Under the pieces are notes generated by a model that saw nothing but the letters and a program-made list of their open reading frames with translations, ran no database searches and was not told where the DNA came from. Source: a virus. From it: DNA of 64,000 nt. The stretch covers positions 46,656-110,655 of the IMG/VR virus record IMGVR_UViG_3300045921_000191; one strand, given 5' to 3'. This document shows, one piece after another, positions 1 to 10,309 of the stretch. The translations under genes and the position numbers were made by a program. Numbering within the stretch: the stretch's first letter is position 1; each line of letters begins with the position of its first letter.

Positions 1-728
1 TCATCAGCGTAGCTTTCTCCAGCCAAAGAGAAAGGAGCCGTCTCAGTTCCAACATTTAACATTACTTGAGCAATTCTAAAATTAGTCGCTCCAGTATTAA
101 CGCCGTTGACCTGATTGGATGTGGCGTATAGGTTTCCAGATTGCCAAACGTCTTGTGCGGCTTGAAACGAAGTTCCTGCGGCTAATATAAAGCGTAGCCA
201 AAGGCCGACGCCGTTGGAATAGTTCCACGTTCCTGCGGACGGAGTGGCTTTTAAAGGTATTACAATCTTTTCCCAAGTATTGGCTGAAGTGATTGTGTAC
301 TCTTTAATGTAATTCAAATCTAACGCAGAATTAGCCAAAGAGACGCAATAAATTCCAGGAATAGTTGCTTTTACCCAAAAACTGAGTACCATTGGTTTTT
401 GAGCAATTCTTGCAAAATTAAAACCTTCAATTTTTTGAGCAAGATACATGAGATCGCCAGCAGCAATTGAAGTATCTGGGGTTGTCAAATTTAGTCGAAG
501 TGATCTAGTAGATACTACTCCTGACTCGGCAAAAGTTGGAACGTCGGTATCCTGAGAAACCGTATGAACCATTGCTCCAACTTTATGATATACCCATCTA
601 TCCAAAGAATAAGCCCCATTTGCTATTGCTGCAAAACTAGTTCCTCGCTGGGCGAAGTCCATATTACCGTTAATAATAAAATTTTGAAGAGGATTATCTC
701 TTAGATCTAAATTTAAAATTTTAGCCAT
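1..728 (-). CDS. Putative tail fibre/receptor-binding protein, carbohydrate-binding-like 'NFIINGNFD' family (runs off the window; missing from the ORF track)
   Basis: Manual translation from ATG 728: MAKILNLDLRDNPLQNFIINGNMDFAQRGTSF...LSFWVKA...ANTWEK...IAQVMLN. Paralogous to 738-1826 and 3273-4259. Confidence 0.75.
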   Translation of the reverse strand, partial: MAKILNLDLRDNPLQNFIINGNMDFAQRGTSFAAIANGAYSLDRWVYHKVGAMVHTVSQDTDVPTFAESGVVSTRSLRLNLTTPDTSIAAGDLMYLAQKIEGFNFARIAQKPMVLSFWVKATIPGIYCVSLANSALDLNYIKEYTITSANTWEKIVIPLKATPSAGTWNYSNGVGLWLRFILAAGTSFQAAQDVWQSGNLYATSNQVNGVNTGATNFRIAQVMLNVGTETAPFSLAGESYAD

Positions 729-737
729 ATATTCCTC

Positions 738-1826
738 TTAAAGTTCCGCGTCCGCAGTCCAATGCATTTTAATTTGTGCTCCTGCCGTTTGACTGTTAAC
801 TAATGCACCAAAATTTCGGTCGTTGGATTCAGAACCTATTGTAAGAGCTACATCAGAGGCGCCGACTCGGATTTGGTTGACCGCGCCCGTATCTGCACTA
901 TAAAGAATAACAGAAGGTGAAGCTCTCTTGCGTACAGCATAAGTATTTCCAATTCTAAGTTGACCAGTCGAACCTACGCTGCCCCAATCAGGACCAGCAT
1001 TGCTTATCGCTGCTGGAACTACATCGATTGCGTAGCTTTTTTCATAGTAACGTTGGCAAAGAGCAAGCTCTTCTTGAATGGTTCTTCCTGCGCGAGAAAA
1101 GCCAGTGGCCCCCATGCTGGAACCTTCAACCAGAGATACTTGAGCAAATAGCATATTGTTAGTATTCAAATCCATAATATTTGCAAATGCTGCAGCAGTA
1201 GTCGTGTAAAAAGTACCAGTTGACCACGCGTTTAGGCTTCCACCTTGCCAAGTTGTTCCTTGGGCCGCTGGAGCTAATGTGATTTCCATTGCAAGTTGAT
1301 TATCAAACAAGTAAGCCCCAGTGCTTTCAAAAGTCACTGCTACAGTTTTGAATTCCCAAGTATTAGCGGCGCTGATTGCAAATGTTGAAATTAAATTTCT
1401 ATTTGGGCCAGAAACCGTATTAAAAGCTACTGGAAAAGTTCCTGTCTTAGAGGACTTGACCCAGAAAGATAAAGTACAAGCTTTTCCATGAAGACGTTGG
1501 TAGTCTTGACCTTCCATGCGGTAGGTAAGAGGACGCACAAGATCTCCAGCAGCAGGAGAGGTAAGAGCAGTTAAACAATTGAAGCGGTAGCTGTATAAAG
1601 ACGCGTTTCCCGATTGTGCAGGAGTAGGAACATCAGTAGATCGCAGAATTGAAAAGTTTTTAGAAGTAGCTCCAGTGCCGTAACAGCTCATGCGATCTGC
1701 CGTATAAAGGTATACCGTAGAAGCCGTATTCACTGTAGTAGTTGTGCCTACCACTCGTTGCCAAAAATCAAAATTACCATTTATGATAAAGTTTCGATCA
1801 TTTCTATCAATTCTAGGTGTTCCCAT
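738..1826 (-). CDS. Putative tail fibre/receptor-binding protein (NFIINGNFDFWQR...ELALCQRYYEKSY...HWTADAEL family)
   Basis: Conserved fibre-associated motifs; located in the distal fibre cluster. Confidence 0.7.
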   Translation of the reverse strand: MGTPRIDRNDRNFIINGNFDFWQRVVGTTTTVNTASTVYLYTADRMSCYGTGATSKNFSILRSTDVPTPAQSGNASLYSYRFNCLTALTSPAAGDLVRPLTYRMEGQDYQRLHGKACTLSFWVKSSKTGTFPVAFNTVSGPNRNLISTFAISAANTWEFKTVAVTFESTGAYLFDNQLAMEITLAPAAQGTTWQGGSLNAWSTGTFYTTTAAAFANIMDLNTNNMLFAQVSLVEGSSMGATGFSRAGRTIQEELALCQRYYEKSYAIDVVPAAISNAGPDWGSVGSTGQLRIGNTYAVRKRASPSVILYSADTGAVNQIRVGASDVALTIGSESNDRNFGALVNSQTAGAQIKMHWTADAEL

Positions 1827-1839
1827 TACTCATCCTTCC

Positions 1840-3087
1840 TTAAGGCACAAACGTAGGCTTGCCATTTAATTGAACATCTCCAGAAACGACCCACTCGGTG
1901 GCTGCGGCATTTGCTGCCACGAGCATAGTCGCAGCATTATTGTTTGCTACGGCGTACCATCCGATAGATCCGCCATTGTTTCCAGCAGCGCAGCAGGCCT
2001 GACCAGATGTAAAACCATTTGCAAATGTTAACCCAGTAAATGTTAAGGTTGTTGAAGTGGCGGAAGCAGTTGTGCCTCTTAGATTAAACTTCATCCTCCA
2101 TGAGCCATCCCGAGTTCTATAAGGAACTCCGACTCCTTTTGTCAGGGAGAAAGAGTTGGTGCCAGAAACAGTCAAATCATACTGAGTCAAGGCTGAAAGA
2201 TTATCTCCTACGTAATTATCAATACTCTGCTTATTGCTGAGTACAGTATCACCAAAAGCTTTACGCTCCACTTCCGTAGGCGAAGCGGTCAAGTAATCCG
2301 TTACTGGATTACCAAACGCAATCGCAGCATCTTCAGCTAATCGTTGAATGATCCCTTGTTGACGCTCAAGATCTGAAAAGATCTGAACATCGCCACTGTA
2401 AATCTGAAATCCGATCTCAAACTGAATCAAATCACTTTGAACAGCAGGAGCGTTATTGAGTTCTATAGTAGTTCCGTACCCATTGCCAGCATCAATTTCT
2501 TGATAGTTACCATCAGCGCTAGGAGAGGCTGTAGCGTTACCTGTGTTACGAACTTGTAATACACCGTTACGCCAGATCTTAACTGCTCCAATTTGCATTG
2601 CAGCATTTTCGTTAACTTTGAAAATAGATCCCAAGTTGACAGTAGTGTTTCCTACGGGAACTTCTACAGTTCCTTTGATATTACGGCCTTCGCTAACGAT
2701 TAGATCGCTAACAGGCACTTGATCAATCACACCTTCAAAAATCTCACCATCAGCAGCACCTACGTTTAAGTAGTTACCAATGAGCATGATAGTTGTTGCG
2801 GTTACTGGAATAAAATCTAGATCTTGAATGAGCATTCCGCCCAAAGAAGATTTAAGTGAGAGGTTCTTTTTATTGATGGTTAGACGCGCAGCAGCAATTT
2901 CAGCAGCCGAGGCGTTAACAAAACTTGGCATTTCAGGAGGAGTCGTAAGAGCGTTCAAATCGATAGTCGTTTGCCCCAGAGTTGCCTTATGAGCAAAACG
3001 AATTTTACGCGTTGCGACAGCAGGAGAACGCGAAGGAGCAACGTCCTTCTTCCTGATCGAGATAGCTTGTTTTCCGAAAGTACTCAT
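1840..3087 (-). CDS. Virion structural/fibre-associated protein
   Basis: 415 aa, Thr/Gly/Ala-rich beta C-terminus, RNGVLQ module shared with neighbours. Confidence 0.55.
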   Translation of the reverse strand: MSTFGKQAISIRKKDVAPSRSPAVATRKIRFAHKATLGQTTIDLNALTTPPEMPSFVNASAAEIAAARLTINKKNLSLKSSLGGMLIQDLDFIPVTATTIMLIGNYLNVGAADGEIFEGVIDQVPVSDLIVSEGRNIKGTVEVPVGNTTVNLGSIFKVNENAAMQIGAVKIWRNGVLQVRNTGNATASPSADGNYQEIDAGNGYGTTIELNNAPAVQSDLIQFEIGFQIYSGDVQIFSDLERQQGIIQRLAEDAAIAFGNPVTDYLTASPTEVERKAFGDTVLSNKQSIDNYVGDNLSALTQYDLTVSGTNSFSLTKGVGVPYRTRDGSWRMKFNLRGTTASATSTTLTFTGLTFANGFTSGQACCAAGNNGGSIGWYAVANNNAATMLVAANAAATEWVVSGDVQLNGKPTFVP

Positions 3088-3115
3088 ATTCCTTTTACCT
3101 TATTCTAATCAAAGA

Positions 3116-3271
3116 TTACAAGTCCTTGATGGGAGTATTTGACCAACCAGTAATTGGTGCTTCGACCTCTACCGTATAATTTGTTCCATCAAAATTGCAA
3201 GTAATAATTCCTGCTGAGTGAGAAAGAACGATCCTAGGTTTGTAAGTAGATCTAGTAATTAATTGTGCCAT
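3116..3271 (-). CDS. 51-aa mini-ORF, possible internally deleted fibre gene remnant
   Basis: MAQLITRSTYKPRIVLSHSAGIITCNFDGTNYTVEVEAPITGWSNTPIKDL; starts just after the upstream stop and fills the gap. Confidence 0.5.
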   Translation of the reverse strand: MAQLITRSTYKPRIVLSHSAGIITCNFDGTNYTVEVEAPITGWSNTPIKDL

Positions 3272-3272
3272 C

Positions 3273-4259
3273 TTATAGCTCCGCGTCCGCGGTCCAATGA
3301 AAAGCTACTCGGTTTCCAGAAACAGTTGTGCCTGTAAATATAACAGAGTCTCCAGATTCAGATGGATCGTTAGTTCTAGCACATGCTATGTTTGTGCCTG
3401 CGGTAATGTCCCTACCTGAACCTGAAGCTCCAGTTGCGGTATTATATGTTAAAAAAGTATAGTTTGAAGTTCTTTTAAGAACCCTAAAATACACATGATA
3501 CGTTACGTTAGTTGTAGTTGGGCTTGTTTCAAAATGTGCTCCATTTAAAACTGCGGTTCCAGGAGCATCATCTAATCTATAACTTTTCTCATAGTAACGT
3601 TGGCACAATGCTAATTCGCCAGAAACATCTTCTCCAGCTAAAGCAAAATTAGCTGGCGCAGCGCCTTCATTGAGCATCACCTGAGCCAGATCAATAGTCA
3701 TTGTGGTATTTAGCGGTAATGCTAATATTAGTCGAATATAGTCAGAACTAGTTCCTAATGTTTTACCTGCGATTGAGGGAATAGAGAAAGTTAAAGTAAA
3801 TTTTTTCCAACTGGTAGTTAGGTTTACGGTCTGAGCTGCGGTTGAAACAGGACTTGAGGGAGATCCTCCTGAACCAAACACTTGTTGAAAACTAACGTTC
3901 ACGCTGCGTGCTGCATCTGCTTTTGCATAAAAACTAAGGGTTGCTTGTTTTCCAGCTAGAGTTCTGACAGATTCAATTTTGTGTTGAATTTGTCTAGCAG
4001 TAGACCCAGAGCCAGCTACAGTCTGCGCCCATCTATAAAAATAAGTAGGTTCTCCTGGAACATCTGTTTGGCCAAGAGTAAAAGCTTGTCTGGAAATTGT
4101 AAATGTTCCAATTGAACCGTCGTAGAAATGCGTAAAACGATCAGCCGTGTACGCTCCAGAAGAAGGGGTGGTAAACGACGTGCCGCGTTGCCAAAAGTCA
4201 AAGTTACCATTTATGATAAAATTTGGACTTGAATTTTTAATTAATCCTATTGTCGCCAT
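3273..4259 (-). CDS. Putative tail fibre/receptor-binding protein (paralog of 738-1826)
   Basis: NFIINGNFDFWQRG, LSFYAKA, LAQVMLNEG, ELALCQRYYEKSY, HWTADAEL. Confidence 0.7.
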   Translation of the reverse strand: MATIGLIKNSSPNFIINGNFDFWQRGTSFTTPSSGAYTADRFTHFYDGSIGTFTISRQAFTLGQTDVPGEPTYFYRWAQTVAGSGSTARQIQHKIESVRTLAGKQATLSFYAKADAARSVNVSFQQVFGSGGSPSSPVSTAAQTVNLTTSWKKFTLTFSIPSIAGKTLGTSSDYIRLILALPLNTTMTIDLAQVMLNEGAAPANFALAGEDVSGELALCQRYYEKSYRLDDAPGTAVLNGAHFETSPTTTNVTYHVYFRVLKRTSNYTFLTYNTATGASGSGRDITAGTNIACARTNDPSESGDSVIFTGTTVSGNRVAFHWTADAEL

Positions 4260-6205
4260 TAGGTGCTCTCAAAAATGATGTTGTTACTGTTGTCTAGTCT
4301 CATTTCCACTAGAGTTCCATCGGGCCTGCGAAGAAGCACGCCACGACCAGCTAACGATCTATCCACAGAAGGATCTGTTGAACCCAAATGATTGGCTGCA
4401 ATCGTTGCCGCATTGTAGTCCGAATTATCAAATCCGCTTCCTTGAGATTGATCAAATATTAATTTAAACTTTTGACCTGCGTGTACAAATTGTCCACTTG
4501 GGAAAGTTACAGCATTACCATTGAGTCCGAACATTCCATAACGATATACTTGACCAGTAAATCCGTCATAAACTTTCAGATAACGAGCATCAGGTAGGAA
4601 ATTAGTAATAGTAAAAGAGGTAGTATTTGCGTCCCCGTCTACTTCAAAGGCTTGAATAGCGTCATCGCCTGTTACTACGTTTGCAATCTTCTCTGCGTAA
4701 AATACTGCGTATCCGTTTAACTTACGATTCGCAGCACTCGAAATAACCTTGACTCGTAGATCATACACATGACCTCTAAGTAGATAGGTAAGAGATACGC
4801 CAGAAGAAGTAGACCAAGTCGTGCCGTTGAAAATAGAACTGTTATTAGGACCTGCACTATTAGCTCTCCATCGCAATGCGGTTGTGGAAGTAACAAAACT
4901 ATTCTTATACGCTGCGTCAGTAATTACTGATAACCAATATGTGCCAGCGGGTAGAATTGCTTTTAAATCGCTAAGAACTACGGTATTGTCGCCTGCTGAC
5001 AAAGATGAAATGCTTTGAGGAGACGATTCGTAAATCAGATCTGTTTGAGCAGTGGAGGGTTGTCCAGCACTGTCTCGCACCAATCTAACTCTAAAAGTAC
5101 CAAGAGGAGATCCTACCTTATTCAGGTAAGTAGTGATTTCTCTGACGGCAGTTTTAGTAGATAGTGTAAAAGGAGTAGCTCTGCTTTGCGCTGTTGAAGC
5201 GTTTAACTCTTGATCCGAGTTTTCGTTAACTGCTGCATACTCGTCTTGGTTAGCTAAGGCTGGTTCTGCTAGAACTTTATATCCACGAAAACGCTCAGTG
5301 GTTCCAAGGCGTTCCATGTCTAAAGTCTCAAAGTTAGTGCCATCAATTGCTACAGATACTTGCGAAGCGCTGGTTTCTTCTGAACCAGAGAACCAATCCG
5401 TAATGACTTCGATTTGACGAGAGTCTTCTTCGGTCAAAAGCCATTCTGCGTCAAACATTTGAACAGATAACAGGAACTCTGTATTGTCCATATCATAAGT
5501 GTTGTCGACTAGGTTATAACTTCCAGTGGAAGCTCCGTCGATCAAAGTATCAGTAGATTGAGCAATAACGTTAGGAGTAAGATACTCGAAGTATGAATCG
5601 AAAAGGCGAATCTTCATCTCTTCGACGAATTCGTTTGCATTTCCAGATCCAGAACCTCCTCCGCCGCCTCCGACCATTTGAAAGATCGAAGTGTTAGTGA
5701 TGTTTTCTATTGTTCCAGCGTTGTTAAAGATTGAAACGTATCCAATCTTAAAAGTGCCAGAGGGAGCAGGAGGAACGGGGGCAGACGCTTCTACAGCGTT
5801 CGATGCTCCAACTACTACTCCTAGGTTTCCGATAGCAGTCAAGTAAATAGTTACTTTGACGTATTCGTTAGGAGGACAAGTTAGAATTCCGTTGTTTCCA
5901 GGAGAAACTGTGATAGTTCCGCCAGTAGAGGCAGGAAAAGTAATGGTTCCAGAAGTGAAAGCTGGGAGTAGGCCCCCGATATGAGGAATCGTGCGGTTGC
6001 GAAGAGTTACAGGATTTTGTACTTTGATGCTGCCGATGTTAAGAACTAGGTTAGGTGTTGCTGTTGCAAACATGTGCAGAGGCGGAGTCGCTTCTGCGTT
6101 AAGTGATCTCAAGAGATCGTCTAATTCTGTTCCAGAAGCGAGGGCAAGGCGGTTCAAGGTATCCCTTGAAATTACTTGACGAGCATCAAATTTCGTGATA
6201 GCCAT
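4259..6205 (-). CDS. Tail fibre/baseplate-associated structural protein
   Basis: 648 aa, Gly linker, beta-sandwich-like segment (LPAGTYWL), translationally coupled in the fibre cluster. Confidence 0.55.
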   Translation of the reverse strand: MAITKFDARQVISRDTLNRLALASGTELDDLLRSLNAEATPPLHMFATATPNLVLNIGSIKVQNPVTLRNRTIPHIGGLLPAFTSGTITFPASTGGTITVSPGNNGILTCPPNEYVKVTIYLTAIGNLGVVVGASNAVEASAPVPPAPSGTFKIGYVSIFNNAGTIENITNTSIFQMVGGGGGGSGSGNANEFVEEMKIRLFDSYFEYLTPNVIAQSTDTLIDGASTGSYNLVDNTYDMDNTEFLLSVQMFDAEWLLTEEDSRQIEVITDWFSGSEETSASQVSVAIDGTNFETLDMERLGTTERFRGYKVLAEPALANQDEYAAVNENSDQELNASTAQSRATPFTLSTKTAVREITTYLNKVGSPLGTFRVRLVRDSAGQPSTAQTDLIYESSPQSISSLSAGDNTVVLSDLKAILPAGTYWLSVITDAAYKNSFVTSTTALRWRANSAGPNNSSIFNGTTWSTSSGVSLTYLLRGHVYDLRVKVISSAANRKLNGYAVFYAEKIANVVTGDDAIQAFEVDGDANTTSFTITNFLPDARYLKVYDGFTGQVYRYGMFGLNGNAVTFPSGQFVHAGQKFKLIFDQSQGSGFDNSDYNAATIAANHLGSTDPSVDRSLAGRGVLLRRPDGTLVEMRLDNSNNIIFEST

Positions 6206-6504
6206 TAAGCACTCCTATCTACTCTGAATCTTACAGCATCTCCAACTAGTAAGTCAAAGGTAAAAGATACCTCAGTCCTAGGCGGAGATCCTTCGTAATT
6301 ATAATCAACCAACTGCTCTAATCGTTGTCCACCCAAATACACTTCTAGTTCATCAGCGGAGTAGGTGCCTGATGCGGGAAGTTCTACTGGGGTTCCAGTT
6401 AAAATGGGAGACGCTACTATGAAACTTTCATCGTAAATGGAGATCGAGCCTGCTTCATCGAAGGATCTCGGAACTCCATTTGAAAGTCTTAGAAACTTAC
6501 CCAT
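6205..6504 (-). CDS. Small structural protein (single 'LEVYLxGQRL..DY' Ig-like module)
   Basis: Module also present inside 10310-12814. Confidence 0.55.
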   Translation of the reverse strand: MGKFLRLSNGVPRSFDEAGSISIYDESFIVASPILTGTPVELPASGTYSADELEVYLGGQRLEQLVDYNYEGSPPRTEVSFTFDLLVGDAVRFRVDRSA

Positions 6505-6520
6505 TCATTAATCCTCTCTC

Positions 6521-7975
6521 TTAGTTAACGCCCATTATTTGAATTTGAACTTCAAGGTTGTTGGCATCTCGTGCCATAGCAACTTTGACCACGGCTTCGT
6601 CAGCAGCGGAAGGAGCAGTGTTTGACAAAGCTCCAGCAGCGTTCAAATAAATAGGCGCGCCTACTGTAAACCCGTGTGAAGGGGCGTTCAGCAAACCAGC
6701 CTTAGTTACCGTAACAGGATCTCCTGCGGCAAGCGAGGTAGAAGGACGAACAAGTCCCATAACATGGAAATTATCCACAGAACTTGCATCTTTGTCCGCC
6801 TTATAAACTCTACCAGCTACAAAACCTGCGTCGGCGGCTTTAGCCCATCGAACTGCGAACAGAGTTGCAGAAGCCATTGCTTCCCCAGCGTTAAGCGTTT
6901 CTTTAAGAGACGCGGAGCCAGCTTCGACTGTAACAAGGCGATCGGCCAATTCGTCCAAATGAGCGGCAATCGAAGAACCGTCGGCAACGGTCCAATCCGA
7001 AGCATCAGCTTGGGTATGGTTAAGATCTGCCGAATCTTTTGTGGCAAAACGAGTATCAAATCGAGCATTTGTGTAGTAAAGGTTAGTCGAACCTTCATCC
7101 AAGTCGTCTGTGTCTTTAGCAGCAAAAGCTGAATCAAATCGAGCTTGTGTGTAGTAAAGGTTAGCAGCGCCTTCAGCGATATCATCAGAATCTAGCACAA
7201 CAACGCCAGTCATGCCGTTTACAGACATTACTGCGTCAGCATTATCCGTTTGTTGCCAGATCGAACCATTGTAAACTACCCAATCTCCAATAGAGAAAGT
7301 TTGGTTTCCAGATCCAAGATCTTGAGTTCCAGCAACGCTAACTCGGTAAACCATACCAGCATCGCCAGTACCGTCTTGAAGTTGGGGATCATTAGCAGAA
7401 GCATCCCAAATACCTTCGTAGGTCATTACCGCAGAAGGAAGTTGAGCTACAGGAATCTTGCCACCACCATCAAGGGTAGCAACGCCGTTTGCTGCGCCTT
7501 TTTCGGTAAGTGCAATCTTTTCAGAATCAAGTTCGTTAAGAGCAGCTTGAACGTTAGTGGCCGCTAAATTGCCAGCAGGAACAGAGCTGATTGCAGAAGC
7601 GTCGTGCGCGTCTGCTGAGTCTGCAAGGTGGTCATCGATGTCTTGTTGAGCGTCAGCAGCGTCAGACAAAGCCTGAGTAGCGTCTGCTTGTGCGGCTTGT
7701 GCTGCGTCCAACGACTCTGCCAAAGCAGCTTCTACGTTAGTAGCGGTAAATTGTGCTGCTGCGTCTTCAATGCCAACTAGCGAAGCGCCAAGAGCGTTCG
7801 CATTAGAAGCAAGGTCTGTACGAATTGCAAGAAGCGAATCGAGTAATGCTTTAGTCAGTTCAGTGGGAGACGAAGTTCCTACTTTAAGTGACCCAACAAT
7901 AAGGGAGTTTTGAGAAAGGTCCACATGACGTTGTATGCCTGCGACCAGTCTTGAGAGTCTTGAAATATCGGCCAT
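6521..7975 (-). CDS. Fibre protein with coiled coil, tandem 'TDDLxEGxxNLYYTxARF' repeats and C-terminal tip module
   Basis: Repeats DSDDIAEGAANLYYTQARFD / DTDDLDEGSTNLYYTNARFD; GVATLDGGGKIPVAQLP and SVNGMTG fibre motifs. Confidence 0.7.
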   Translation of the reverse strand: MADISRLSRLVAGIQRHVDLSQNSLIVGSLKVGTSSPTELTKALLDSLLAIRTDLASNANALGASLVGIEDAAAQFTATNVEAALAESLDAAQAAQADATQALSDAADAQQDIDDHLADSADAHDASAISSVPAGNLAATNVQAALNELDSEKIALTEKGAANGVATLDGGGKIPVAQLPSAVMTYEGIWDASANDPQLQDGTGDAGMVYRVSVAGTQDLGSGNQTFSIGDWVVYNGSIWQQTDNADAVMSVNGMTGVVVLDSDDIAEGAANLYYTQARFDSAFAAKDTDDLDEGSTNLYYTNARFDTRFATKDSADLNHTQADASDWTVADGSSIAAHLDELADRLVTVEAGSASLKETLNAGEAMASATLFAVRWAKAADAGFVAGRVYKADKDASSVDNFHVMGLVRPSTSLAAGDPVTVTKAGLLNAPSHGFTVGAPIYLNAAGALSNTAPSAADEAVVKVAMARDANNLEVQIQIMGVN

Positions 7976-7980
7976 TTGGG

Positions 7981-8184
7981 TTAGTTTCCTTGTTTCTTAT
8001 CGAAATCTTTGGGTTTGATTTCAAACTGCATCATGGCTTTCATACCGTAAACTTCCAAGATGCGGTTTGCTTGTTCGCATGCGTTATCGCATAGTTCTCG
8101 TAGTTTCTGTCCGATTGCTTCACTAAGTTGTTGAAGTTGTTCATCAGATAGATTCTCTGCATTTACGCGGCGTTCTCTGTTCAT
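7981..8184 (-). CDS. Hypothetical small protein
   Basis: 67-aa ORF with GAGG RBS. Confidence 0.55.
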   Translation of the reverse strand: MNRERRVNAENLSDEQLQQLSEAIGQKLRELCDNACEQANRILEVYGMKAMMQFEIKPKDFDKKQGN

Positions 8185-8229
8185 AGTATACCTCGATTCT
8201 TTCTGGGTTTTCTTTCCTATGTAAATGTA

Positions 8230-9303
8230 TTAAAGTTGTCCAACTAGTTGAATATTAACATGTAAATCCTTCAAAGATGGGTTAGAAGAATTCTCCATAA
8301 TAGTTCCGATCTTTATTACAAAATCGCCCTCTTCAAATCCTCCTGATCCAATATCAGGCTCTACGTCTGTTATTCCGCCAGTTTTGGATAAAAACACTGG
8401 AGATCCTACTGCAATGGCAGTACTAACGTCCTCTAAAATGCCACTCAAAACTACCACACCAGAGGCAGAGTCCGCTGTATTAGCTTTAACTACTCCAATG
8501 GTAGATAAGGCTTCGGCTTCTACGGAAGGATCTATCTCGTCCATCTCACCGTCTGAATTAACTCTTACTGGAGTGAGTTTGGTAATAGTGGACCCAGAGT
8601 TGTTATCCATCTCTTTTTCAAGAGCATTTGACGCACCGCCTCCACCACCTGCTTCTTGAATCGCTGCGTCAATTAAGAAATTATCCCTATTTCTTATAAC
8701 AGTCCTAGCTGCATCAGAAATAGGAGATCCTTGAAATAAAGCAAAATTAGAAGTAGATCTGTATAAACTGGCCTGCCCTGCGGCTGGAGTAATTCCTACT
8801 TTCTCAACCTCCTGTATTACAACAGTAGTTGCCCATTTTGTTGTGGGATTAGAAAATGACAAAATCTTGTACTCTTTTCCTGTCGAATCAACTACTGAAT
8901 CTCCTATCTCGGAGGCATTCGCCGAAGAGGAAGAGTCCCAACTAGCGGTCACAGTATAACTAAAATTTGGACCAGAAAGTAAAACAGCAGAATTTAAAGT
9001 TCCAGCAGTTCGCACAGCAGGTCTAAGATCGACTTGTCCTGGAGTAGCTATTGTAGAGTTGTAGTCGTCATCTTCTACTGGGAGTACATTGTTAGATAAG
9101 GCCGTCACGGTTACTACGTCGCCGTCTCCTACGGGTAGCGAAGTTGAGTTCGCTATCTCGTAAGTATTCATCGCTGTGTCCGTTATTACATCACCGTGTC
9201 TTGTAAATTTGGCGCTTGAGGCTGGGGAATAGTACAGTTCGATTGTATAAGTATTTCCTGCTATAAAAGTCGGATTAAAAATAAAAACAGATGTTGATAA
9301 CAT
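8230..9303 (-). CDS. Structural/fibre protein
   Basis: C-terminal module (GSPVFLS..GG...P...FVIKIG) similar to the C-terminus of 6521-7975. Confidence 0.55.
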   Translation of the reverse strand: MLSTSVFIFNPTFIAGNTYTIELYYSPASSAKFTRHGDVITDTAMNTYEIANSTSLPVGDGDVVTVTALSNNVLPVEDDDYNSTIATPGQVDLRPAVRTAGTLNSAVLLSGPNFSYTVTASWDSSSSANASEIGDSVVDSTGKEYKILSFSNPTTKWATTVVIQEVEKVGITPAAGQASLYRSTSNFALFQGSPISDAARTVIRNRDNFLIDAAIQEAGGGGGASNALEKEMDNNSGSTITKLTPVRVNSDGEMDEIDPSVEAEALSTIGVVKANTADSASGVVVLSGILEDVSTAIAVGSPVFLSKTGGITDVEPDIGSGGFEEGDFVIKIGTIMENSSNPSLKDLHVNIQLVGQL

Positions 9304-9313
9304 TTTTAAACTC

Positions 9314-10297
9314 TTAAGCTAAGCTTACTAGTTTTACAAAAATTATTACTTTAAAAGACGCGTCAGTAGAGGCTACCAAATCTGCTATAGAAAAGCTGTT
9401 TAAAGATATATTAGCTTTAACGTTTGCGTCAGCAAACTTGTTAACTAAATCGTAACGTTGAACAGCAGCAGGACCTGAGTCTCTGACTTGCATTATCGAA
9501 ACTAAAGCAGGCATCATGGCTAAACCGTGAGTTACAGCTAGATCTGCTGCCGTAGAATGTATGCCAGTAATGGCTGCGACTGATGCTGGTTGAACTGACC
9601 ATCCAGCTGGAACTGAGGTAAAGCCGTCAGCAATTCTAGTTGCTAAATCTGATCCTGCACCTAATTTAATGACAAATTCATTAGAAGATCCACCGCCCTC
9701 CGCTAAAGCTGCAATAGCCTGTGCAGTTCTAAGAGGAGTCATGAGTTTATCATTCACTGCTCCAGCTTCCGCTTCACTCTGTGAAGCAATAGACGCAGAG
9801 ATTGTAATATCGTTAGCGTTTTGAGCTGTTGCAAGAGGGGCAGAAGCGATCAAAGATCGCATCTCAAAATTTACTCCAGTCTTTTGTTTAAAAACTTGAG
9901 CTCCTGAGCCAAGGTTAGAAGCGGTATTAGCTTCGCCGCTTCCTCCGCCAGAGGCTGAGATTTCAATATCATCAGCATTTTCAGTAACGGTTACGTTAGC
10001 TCCAGCTTTAATTTTTCTAAATTGAAGTTGAACGCCTGACTTTTGTTTAAAAACTCCAGCTCCAGTAGCGCCTACGTTAGAGCCTGTGTTGGTTTCCCCG
10101 CCACCTCCGCCGCCTATAGGAGATCCACCGCTAGTAAGCTGGACCTCGTTTCCATTGCTGTCGATATACATACCTTCAGCAACTCCGTTAATTACTTTAA
10201 CGCCCCAAGCGCCTTTGCTTGCGCCAGTGGTTGGTGCAGACGAGTACGCGCTTTGTGAAAGCGGTTCTGGAGAAAGTTGATTTGGTTTAATGGCCAT
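9314..10297 (-). CDS. Fibre protein with two 'GExNTxSNxG..VFKQKxGV..FR' repeats
   Basis: Repeats visible in the translation; ASQSEAEAG...MTPLRTAQAI fibre motif. Confidence 0.65.
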   Translation of the reverse strand: MAIKPNQLSPEPLSQSAYSSAPTTGASKGAWGVKVINGVAEGMYIDSNGNEVQLTSGGSPIGGGGGGETNTGSNVGATGAGVFKQKSGVQLQFRKIKAGANVTVTENADDIEISASGGGSGEANTASNLGSGAQVFKQKTGVNFEMRSLIASAPLATAQNANDITISASIASQSEAEAGAVNDKLMTPLRTAQAIAALAEGGGSSNEFVIKLGAGSDLATRIADGFTSVPAGWSVQPASVAAITGIHSTAADLAVTHGLAMMPALVSIMQVRDSGPAAVQRYDLVNKFADANVKANISLNSFSIADLVASTDASFKVIIFVKLVSLA

Positions 10298-10309
10298 GAT
10301 AATCCCTCG

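Noticed and set aside
1-4259. Diversity-generating retroelement acting on the fibre paralogs
   Set aside because: No reverse transcriptase and no ~100-nt template/variable repeat pair with adenine-specific mismatches in the window.
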